Of a stretch of DNA of 63,494 nucleotides, positions 54,108-63,494 are shown piece after piece (positions within the stretch are counted from its first letter, which is position 1; every line of letters starts with the position of its first letter). This stretch comes from Gnetum montanum (taxonomy: Eukaryota > Plantae > Gnetophyta): NCBI GenBank assembly GCA_015680685.1, contig MNCI01000296.1:9149-72642 (forward strand), given 5' to 3'. The notes below the pieces were generated by a model, which did not search any database, was not told where the DNA came from, and was given only the letters and a program-made list of their open reading frames with translations. A program made the position numbers and the translations under genes.

Positions 54108-54593
54108 GCTACAACAGATAGAGCAAGAATCCGTAAAGTCGTAATTATCTCCATCACTGTAAACGGGCGCCGCACGTATGACGACCAATCATAAGGTTGA
54201 TAGTAAACCACAGTTTGAGGAGCGCAAAGACTTTTCATCTTTTTTATTGTTGTCCTCGTTTTTCCTTTTCGGCTTTCTTCTATTTTTTCTCTTCTTTGGC
54301 AGGCCCGACGGTCACAAGCTCTCCTCTTTCTTCTCCTCTTTGGCAGGGCCGACGGTCACAACCTGTCCTGCAGAATTTTCTGAGCTTTAGCATAATGTTC
54401 ACAGGATCTGTCTCTCCGATGACTGTGATCTTGTTTTTCTTTTATTTCAATGGATACAGATTCCACTCCTTCACTCCACAACCACAACGCTTTCATCAGG
54501 GCCTAGCGGGTAGCAGGCTAGGCACTTTTACCAGCAACAAAACTGGATTTTTCATCATATTTTGTAATTCTTGGAATTTTACTTACCCTGCAT
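54108..54593 (-). pseudogene. HIPP (heavy-metal-associated isoprenylated plant protein, HIPP39-like) pseudogene, left arm
   Basis: GVESVSIEIKE/KITVIGETDPVNIMLKLRKFC/VTVGPAKEEKK (last segment duplicated) and a tail DNYDFTDSCSIC. Frameshifts and a stop. Possible mini first exon ATGCAGG|GTAAGT at 54593-54581. Confidence 0.8.
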
Positions 54594-54899
54594 TCCTGCA
54601 GCGCTCTTCAGCGCTTAGCAAGCTTGACCACAACTTTCTCTGAAAACGAATTTGATACGGATTCTCAGTAAAATTAAACTTGAACTCATAGTGTGTATCC
54701 TAGATCAAACAGAGGGAAACTCAAAAATTCGGCCGAATGGAGAGCGTGGATGAAGTCATGTCGGCAGAGGAAGAGGAATCAAGGAATGGAGAGCGATTCA
54801 GGTTCCTCTTCTGTATCTGTTCTGCTTTTTCAATACAAAATCGATGGCCACGGGGCCAGGGTTTAAATAAAAATAGCTTCCTTCTCATTTCTCACAAAG

Positions 54900-55310
54900 G
54901 CTGAAGCGGAAAGTTCATGTGGACTATGAAATGGCCTACCCTGCTAACGAGGCTCTGATGAAAGATGTGGTTGTGGAGTGCAGGAGTGGAATCTGTATCC
55001 ATTGACATAAAGGAAAATAAGATCACAGTGATCGGGCAGTCAGATCCGGTGAAAATTATGCTGAGGCTCAGGAAATTTTGCGGACTTGTGAACGTTGGCT
55101 CTGCCAAAGAGGAGAAGAAATAGCAGAAAGGTGAAAAGAAAAAAGGACAACAATAAAAATGATGAAAAGAAGGCTTCTGCTCCTACTGTTCCTCAAGCTG
55201 TGGTTTACTATGAAAAGAAGTCCTCTGCTCCTGCCGTCATATCTTGCACCTGTGGCCCCTGCTTACAGAGATCATTACGACTTAAGAGATTGTTGCTTTA
55301 TCTGTTGTAG
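54900..55310 (+). pseudogene. HIPP (HIPP39-like) pseudogene, right arm
   Basis: GVESVSIDIKENKITVIGQSDPVKIMLRLRKFCGLVNVGSAKEEKK* followed by a Lys/Glu tract and YRDHYDLRDCCFIC. Confidence 0.85.
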
Positions 55311-57239
55311 TTTGTACAAAATGGTAATCTTCAAACGAAACGTTACGTTTGACTGTATAGCTATGCTTATTAGCTAAGCCTTTGTTGTGGTTTTCAGTTT
55401 TGGTTTATTCATTTGCATAATATTCTTTTTTATGGCATCTCATCTCCTGGACTTGCCCAGCTTATGGTGTAACATAGCTTTGGAAAAGAAAGCTTTTGAA
55501 AGCCCTGTTCATCCATGTGGCTGCAATTGTACATATTAAATCTTGGGAGATTGGCGATTCCGATAAATTTTGAGTACAGAAGAACAGCAAATCCACAATG
55601 GGTACATATTTCATAATATCGAATGAAATTTTGTTTAGATCTCAGTATTATTCTTGCCTTGAGCATTAAAATCCTACCTATCTATTCCTGCCCTGAATCT
55701 TACCAGAAACTTTATTTCATTTCATTGTTATGTGGCCCGCAAGCAATCGAGAGTCATGGCATCGGCATGACACAGACCACAGAAAACAAGGGAGTACGAA
55801 TGAATAAACAAACACATGGAAATCACGAAAGGGTTACTTTGGTAACCGAAGGCCGAAGGGCCAAGTTTGGGTCATACGGAAATCAAGTTTGGGACGGGGC
55901 GTGCAAGGTAAACATTGCATTTGCATGGATTGGCCTGCCTTTGGGAGCGTCTTGCAGCATGGGAGCTGATTACCCAAAAAATAAAGGTTCCGCCATGACT
56001 CCCACATTCACGGGTGTTTATTGGTCATTGCTGGTGTTTGCTCTTTCAAAAATAAAACAGGGTCATCGTCATGTGTCATTAGTCATGAACACGATCACGG
56101 ATGGATGCTTGTTCATGTTCACGGATGGATGCTTGTTCAACCTTTTTTCTTAAATCTGTTTGCTTATGAGCCAACGCAGCCCACCAGCACATGGCCAATG
56201 GCCATATGCAACCTCATGGTGCTCTGTTTTTACTTTCCCCTTCATAATGACTAGTGCCAATTTCCTGGCACCTGAAAGGTTTTCAATCATCTTAGGTGAG
56301 CTGAGTTACTGGGCTGTGCTTAGTTTAGTTTAGTTAAGTTGTGTTTTCTTATACTGTAGTCATCTTCAACATGGCCCCAAGGTGCTACTCATAGGTCATC
56401 ATTGAACAAAAGTATTAGAAGTTGTGCTTTGTTATAAATTTGGTTGAGGCTTGATTTCATTTTTAGAAAAATTGGATTGAGTAACAAAAGGGTTTCATTT
56501 TATTGCTATCATTTAGGTTGCAGAAATTATATGGTTGGCCGTATTATGGCTCTTGAGTAAGGAAATGGATTCAATGTCCTCCATACCTTTGCAAATTTCC
56601 TTGCTTCAGTTTAATGGTGATATTGCAATCTTCTGTGCAATTTTTAAGCATTAACAGTATTTTGGACTTACATTGTACTTGTTCTATATTTTACAATGTT
56701 TTTTTATGATATATGCGATTTAATTTTTTTAAAAAATTAATATATTTAAAGTTTCTCTATCACTGTCATCAGCTACAAACCTGTCCCCACTTTTTCTTGA
56801 GGCACAAGGACCCAAACAAGTTCAGAATCACAAATCCTCCATTCCTGGCTTCCACGAATCAGATTCTTTTGATGCATAGGTTCAGTTCAGTTCAATGCCT
56901 GTAAGCCAAGACCTTGGGTGGAATGAAGCCACCCATCCTCTCAAGTCTTGGATTCTAACTTTCAAACAAGTTGACAACCCGTTAAGCCAAGCCAAATGTT
57001 GCATATTCACCCAAGTTCATGAGCCATCAAGTATGGCAGAAGCATTGAAGACTAAAATATAAAAGGTGTCACACAAAAGTAGTATGTCTCAATAACGAAG
57101 AAAACATGGTCCTTAGCAACTAAACCTAAAGGCAATGAGGTAACTGATACCAGTATTTGCCGATTGTAGGTAATGCTCCTGCTGCAACAAACCACTAAAG
57201 CAAAAATTTTGTTTTGAGAACAATCCAAACTGAGATGAT

Positions 57240-57540
57240 TCAGATAATGTTGCAAGGCGAAATGCAATCGTGCTGTTCATTATAATATCAGTATCCTACA
57301 GGCCAAGCACGGTGAATTATTTGAGGTTCATATACAAGTGGTCTCCTCATCCTTGCAGGGCCACAATTTTTCCGAGCCTGCGTGTAATGGCCACAGAATA
57401 TGTCTACCCAATAACTGCAACCACACCATCGTTGGTATCCATGGAGGCATTCACCACACCTTCCATTCCAGTAACACTTATGAGCAGTCTTCTACTTCTT
57501 TCTGGGGTCCTATACAGGATGCACTTTAACGACAACTTTC
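57240..57540 (-). pseudogene. Third, more divergent HIPP pseudogene with intact CaaX end
   Basis: Acceptor tag|KVVVKVHP, then LLISVTGMEGVVNASMDTNDGVVAVIG*TYSVAITRRL, ending YNEQHDCISPCNII*. Confidence 0.75.
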
Positions 57541-58073
57541 TACACCCATAACAAAAACAAAATTAAATGACATGTTTTCCAGTGAAATCTAGTTAAATGC
57601 AAGCAATGCTATAATAAATTCTAATAATCTTTTAAAGAGAACAAAGAAAGGCCGGTCTGGGCCTTCTTAGCTTCTTAACTTCCTGTTATGAACGCTGCTG
57701 AGGCAGAAGTTTTCTGTTCTCATGTGTGCTGGCAGAAAACTGTAATACACATAAACATATATTTTGTCAGAATCTCATCTTGGGTGCCAGTTGCCCACGA
57801 AACCAAGGCCGAGTCTGAATGAGGCTCCGCTACATTGGATTTCTTCCAATGACCATTGACCATTCATGGCGAAAGGACAAAATTGTAAAAGTTACGATGT
57901 GGGTCCAGAGTTTTGGCGTTTTCGGTATTCTTAATCTTGGACGGAGATGTCGCGTCCTGCGAGAAAAGTCTCCAGTCGAAGATACAAATCTGCACGGAAA
58001 ACAAACAAACAAACAGGTGGCAACAACCGAGCGGCCAAAAATCAAAGCAACCCAAGCGGTGCGTCCCTAGTGC

Positions 58074-58992
58074 CGAATATTCTTAGAATCGCTTGAAGAC
58101 ATTTTGTGCACATTCATGGACTTTCCATTCCATACCCGTCCCAAGTGCAAAATATTCTTAGAATCGCGTAAAAGACAGTTTCTGCACATTCATGGACTGT
58201 CCATGCCCGTGGCGTAAATGCGTTCTGGTGTTCCTTTGAAATGAACTGATTCAAGTCTTACTAAGTCGAAAGATCTGCAAGATATCATATTTTAATAGAT
58301 TATAAATTGACCAAAGATCTGCAAGATATCATATTTTAATAGATTATAAATTGACCGAGCATCAAAGAGGATAAAAACAATTTAAACAAGTTTTTTGCTA
58401 TAATATTATAAAGTTGTTTCAAATGAGTAATTATAACACAAAAGGAAAAAAATATTTGTAATTCATCTTTATTGACATAGAGCAACCTGGAATACCCTTT
58501 TCTTAAAAAAGTTGAATCCATATTCCACTTTCAAATTTAAGGTATCACTGCGAAAGTTTATTCTCATAAACAATAATTTGGTCTTGTTTTTTTAAAAAAT
58601 ATTTTAATTGACTGTTGTATGTAATCTTGATCTTACTCTGTCCGTGCTGTTTCGTATGCCATACCAAATATGCCCTGCAAACCACGGGACATCAGTTCTG
58701 TAAGCAGCATTTGCACATGTAGGAAATTATAATTGAAAAGTAGTCAAAATGCATAAATCAAATTCATAGGAATTCAACAAATGCTATATTGGTGTTATGT
58801 AAAAAGCAAAATATACACAATAGGTCCTCAACCACACATAAATAAAATAAAATAAAAATTATGAATTTCAATTGCTAAATAAGCAAACACTATATCAACA
58901 CATGATAAATAGTGCACCACATAATAAAAATTATGAATTTCAATTGCTAAATGACCAAGCACTATATCAGCACATGATAAATAGTGCACCAC
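58074..58992. repeat. Three local tandem duplications (~75 bp at 58076/58151; 44 bp at 58272/58315; 72 bp at 58853/58925)
   Basis: Direct reading; the 44-bp pair is essentially identical. Confidence 0.85.
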
Positions 58993-61571
58993 ACCACATG
59001 CTTTACATAGACCTTTAAAAGATGACCTCAATGTAACCTATCAATCATGCTATTGGTACCAATTGCCCCTTAGAGAGAGAGTAATATAAAGGAATTCCAT
59101 TCAGAAAAGAAAAGAAATAAAATCAAGAGAAAAGATAAGCCACCTGAAAAATGCCAACAAAATAGCATATCTTTAAATTATAAAACATGGTAATGACTGC
59201 ATAATTTGTGCAAGTCTAATGAATTGATTTTCATATTTTTTTTAAAAAAAGAATTACATATTTACAAACATTTGTAACAGTGATGCAGCGGCGAATGATG
59301 GTTTAGGGTTAGGGTTTCTTCCGCAGGGCTGCTATAAAGAGGGGCAGGAATTGCCAACAAGAGAAAGGTGTCCAATCTTTCTTTTTGAAACGCGTAGCGA
59401 CATGGTAGTTGGCAGCGCATGTCCATCAGCAGCTGTTGTTTTATTTTGTTCTTCTGTTTTCTTTGGCTACATGCAACCCATCTTTTAGCCTCTTGTTGCT
59501 GCAAGTCGCAGACGGTGGCCCTCTCTCTAGACGCTGGGCTTTTCGGTAGTTTTCTCTTTTCTGCTGGCAGGCAGCAAAACACGGCAGGAGCGTGAAACAT
59601 GTGGCGAACATCAACAGCAGTCGCAGGCAGATTGTAGATAACAGTGTGCAAGCCTTGCAATAGCAATTGCTGAATGACGGTTTTTGTTTTCTCAGACAGA
59701 AATAGACACATTTTCTTTTCTTATTTTTTAATTTTCTACCCATGTGGCAGAGGCCAACGCCCAACAGCGGCGGTGCCAACGCGGACACCATGACGGGTGT
59801 CGATAAAAGTCTTTCTTTCGACCTATAAACAAAAATCTGGCAGAGACAGGTTGCAAGCACAGGCAACACATATAGTATTAACATCGTTTTGTTCTTTATT
59901 TATTTGCTTTCAAACAACAGGGACAAATTTTTCTCTCTGCCATCTCCAAGTGTAAAAGCAATTGTAGTGGCAAACAACTTTTACAGTTTTCAATATTATT
60001 ATTTGCATTTTATTTGGAATTATTTATTGTACTCTTTTAAATTCCCTGAATTATTTAACTTTTCAATATTCTTATTAAATTTAAATCTTTTAATATTTTG
60101 TTTTAAATATTATTATTGTTGTTTTTGTCACATGGCCCTTTTCAGCTGAGACTATTCATGGGTTTCTGTACCCATACGGAAGACGCCCTAGGCGATAGTT
60201 TCCTAAAACAAGTTTTCAAAAGTGTTCACATGTCCAAAATTTATGCATCAACAGGTGCCAAGAAACTCTTGCGAAGTAGCATAGATTAAAAAATTAGATC
60301 CAATTAGCAAATTGGCAACAGTTTTTATAAATCGAATAAGAAAAATGTGAATAAATGGGTGTAAGAATCAAATTAAAATTGTTAATATTAGCAAAATAAA
60401 GCTGTTCTATTTACTCATGTTAGTAGCCGCATTTTTCAATTTTTTTCATCAAAGAGTTCACTTAGAGTGGAAAATCAAAAATAGAAATTTTAGTGCTCCT
60501 TGAAAATTAGTGATAAACAATACAGTAAACTTAAAAAGTCAATAAAAATATATCATAATTTTTTAGATTAAATGTCCTGATCCAATTTTAAATGGGCTTC
60601 AATGTTGCATTGTGATTAATCACATTTCTCAAACTATGCATAACAGTAAGGTAGATGTTAGTAGAATTGGAAATATGCATTGTGCTTTTACATGTATTTT
60701 ATGTTTAAATTTTTTAAAAATGTTTAAATTGTTTTAAAAACTATCATATTGACCTAAAAATAAAAATGAAAATGTTCTACATAATTATAATAAAAAATTA
60801 AAGATAAATATAATTCTTCTAGATGTATTAGTTTTTATAAGCATATATTTAGCCATTAAATATATGTCAAGGTGATGTACGTTTAAGTATATATTTGATG
60901 ATGATGGTTCTTAATTTTAATGCATGTCAATTCCAAATTTTGTAAGTACAAAAACTATTAAAGATAGTACATAAGAGGTGTAGCATATTTGAAATTTCAA
61001 CCCTATATATGACCATTAGATAAGAGTGTACCACTACAAGGCTACTTCATTATTGTCAAATGAAGGTACGGATTGAAACTAGAACCTATAAAGTAAAGGT
61101 TTCTCCACAGAAAAAAAACATCCATATATTTTAAAAGTTAAGGTTAGTGGAATGTAAAATTAGATATATCTATATTAATATGTTTTCATTATCCTTTCCA
61201 TTAAAGAAAATATAATTATCATTGTCATTGTTGTTTTAACAAAATGAGGTTGATTACATAAGTTGAGAGTTCTTTTTGTTATTAGCCTTTTGAAAAAGCT
61301 AGATCTTTGTTTATTTCCAATTTCTTAAAATCATTTTTAATTATTTTTTTTCATATCTTTATTAGTTTTCCTTTTCATCTTCAATATATATAATAACAAA
61401 ATTTGATGACATAATTTCTTCCATGGTAACTTATGTAATACTACCATGATTAACCATGGTAATTGTGTACTAGACCAACAATATCTTGCCCATTGTATAT
61501 ACAATTTTAGATTGTATTTTGTTTGAGTTGTGTGACCCAGTCAAGGTGTGATGGACTGCTTATGTGAAGTA

Positions 61572-63148
61572 GCTACAAGAAGAACATGTATTAATGTAAG
61601 ATCTCAATATGCTAGTCTATTGCTAGAAATTACAAAATTCTTGTTAAGGGATTTGAGATAAGACAAACAATGCAGCCGTGATGGTAGTGCACAAGTGCTA
61701 CATGTTGTTGATCAAAATTGCATGATTTGAAGGCAAATTTTAATAGGTCAAACAAGTCATAGAACATAGAATGTACACATGATATATGATGAATTATACT
61801 CTTTTTGGAAATCAAAATTTTTCTACATTAGGGTTGATGTAGGTCAAATTTTTTCTCAATGTCACCTGTAGCCCTAGATAACCTTACATGTGTTACTTAT
61901 ACAAAACTGCATCTGGGTATCAACTTGGACTCTGCGAGACCTTAAACAATGCACCCTAGGCTTCCAAGACATCATTGGGTTTGAATTGAGAAAATTTGGC
62001 AATTTAACCTTAGGACCCTAGAGCTCCATTCTTTGTGACATTGGAAAAGATTGGGAATCAATATTTTTCTAATTGTTGGAGTTGAGGTAGATCAAAATTT
62101 TTCTCCATACTAGTTGTACCCCTAGATAACCCTGCCTACATCACCTACACAAAATTGCATCTTGGCATCAACTTGGATCCGGTGGGGCTTTAAATGCTGC
62201 ATTCTAGGCTCTTGTAGCATCATAAGATTTGAATTTAACAATTTTGAAAATTTGACCTTAGGATCCCCAAGGTCAAACTTTTTCTAATTCTAGAGGTGAC
62301 ACTAATGCTGATGACAATGTTAGCACCTCTAGTGGTACCTTTAAAATCTTCATGTTAATCCAGACCTCTAGTTTGTAGCATTCCATAGGTCTACAAGATT
62401 CTCAATGTCCAAAAAACATCATTTTGGCTTAATTTAGGATTAGTTTGGGCATCTCGAGAGTTAGAATTTTCAATCTAAAAAATTGTTAAAAAATTATCTA
62501 ACTTTAGTGTTGTTGTTGACACTAACGACAGTGTCAACAATTAAAAATGTTGCATTTTGTAATCCTTGACCATAAGGTTTGTCATTCAATACCTTTCCTT
62601 GGCTTTTTAGCCTTCTTAGCATTGTCTTGGTAACATACAACATCAGTTCAAGCATCAAAAGGTAACCTAGACATTTAAAATTATAATTTGGGCAAATGTT
62701 TAAAAATTTAACTAAGTCCCATTGATGTTGATGTACATGTTATCATCAACACCTATGGAACCCATATTTTGCCCTTCTTGACCATCACATCATGGATTTA
62801 ATAGCATCCCTTGGCCTCATGGTCTCGTTGGCATTGTCATGGCACCATTTACCATCAGTTCAATCATCAAAATGGATGCTAGAGGGTTGGAATTATAGTT
62901 TGCTGGAAGTTTATTTTAGGTCCTAGTTAACACTAACATTGATGCTAGTGTTCATGTTAGCATTAACACCAGGGTTAAAATTTTTTAGCTTAGCATCAAC
63001 ACTAGTGTTAGAATTTTGTTGGCTTAGAATTAGCACCAGAGTTAGAATTTTTTTCAACTTAACATTAACACCAAAGTTGGAATTTTTTTTCAACTCAATG
63101 TCAACATGAAAGTTATAATTTTTAGCTCAACATCAGTGCCAGCACTAG
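61572..63148. repeat. Dispersed repeat R2 (second copy of R1)
   Basis: 61644-63148 is colinear with 1549-3029. The left boundary is tentatively placed at GCTACAAGAA (CACTACAAGAA-like). Confidence 0.8.
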
Positions 63149-63494
63149 TGATGAGACGCAGTTTGCGTCGGCCGCGATATCGCGTCCTTCCCTACGATAT
63201 CGCGTACGCGATATCGCAGTCAGCCGTCATGTCTATAAATAAGAGGTGGCTCTCCCTTATTTAGGGATCCCAGTTTTAGTGTAGCGAAGCTCTGGCAATT
63301 TGATCCCTCCAGAGTTAGAATTTTCCCGTGTCTGCTCGCAGTGTGGTGAATGTGATTGTACGGTGTCTTTATTCGAGTGTGCCGTACTTGGACACGCACA
63401 TGACCGGCAATAAAGATCGAGATTACTTCATCATTGCAGCATTCACTTAGTTTATTTATTGTTATTTATTTCATGTTATTTATTGCTTCCATAG
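63149..63494 (+). mobile_element. Start of a CpG-rich TGATGA-family LTR inserted into R2 (runs off the window)
   Basis: Homology to R1 stops at CACTAG|TGATGAG. Intact CGCGATATCGCG palindromes and TATAAATA; matches the LTR at 877. Confidence 0.92.

Larger units (their letters stand above)
53734..55710. repeat. Long inverted repeat: arms ~53734-54523 and ~54934-55710, ~410-bp spacer
   Basis: For example, TAAACCAAAACTGAAAACCACAACAAAGGCTTAGCTAATAAGCATAGCTA (54062-54111) is the exact reverse complement of 55358-55407. The outer ends GTTTCTGGTAAGAT and ATCTTACCAGAAAC also match. Confidence 0.95.

Noticed and set aside
54930-55000. HIPP arms as processed retrocopies (no intron before GVES)
   Set aside because: The third HIPP at 57240-57540 also lacks that intron yet has an upstream splice acceptor, and no poly(A) or TSD is seen.
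55623-56153. 176-aa ORF, and ORFs 59262-59884 and 54197-54643, as genes
   Set aside because: No recognisable domains; they overlap the inverted-repeat arm, the antisense strand of HIPP, or GC-rich non-coding patches.
58625-58705. Helitron 3' hairpin (GTCCGTG...CACGGGAC)
   Set aside because: Hairpin imperfect, no canonical CTRR end and no matching 5' end found.
59302-59317. Interstitial telomere array
   Set aside because: Only about two units; better read as a telo-box or chance.

Overview
AT-rich land-plant nuclear DNA with assembly gaps, almost entirely a nest of decayed transposable elements. No intact protein-coding gene is visible. From left to right: the 3' end of an Athila-like LTR element; a large dispersed repeat (second copy near 61.6 kb) ending in a ~130-bp dimeric tandem array; a Mutator/SWIM-type transposase pseudogene split by a solo LTR and followed by a Transposase_32/Athila-env-like ORF; and a minus-strand, apparently intron-containing gene joining the same kind of domain to a Ulp1 SUMO protease. 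That gene is split by a three-level LTR nest: element A 15512-50444 (-) contains B 22043-45458 (+), which contains C 28128-35071 and the Tat/Ogre-like D 36876-44868. Each has a 5-bp target-site duplication (one mismatch for A). The right end holds three HIPP/HMA pseudogenes, two of them forming a ~2-kb inverted repeat. Most notable: the HIPP inverted repeat whose spacer is shared with a repeat 51 kb away; one accessory domain found in both an LTR retrotransposon and DNA-transposon-like genes (once upstream of Ulp1); covarying RNA stems in the LTR family; and complementary U3/5'-leader repeats in element D. All domain calls are by-eye motif recognition, not database searches.
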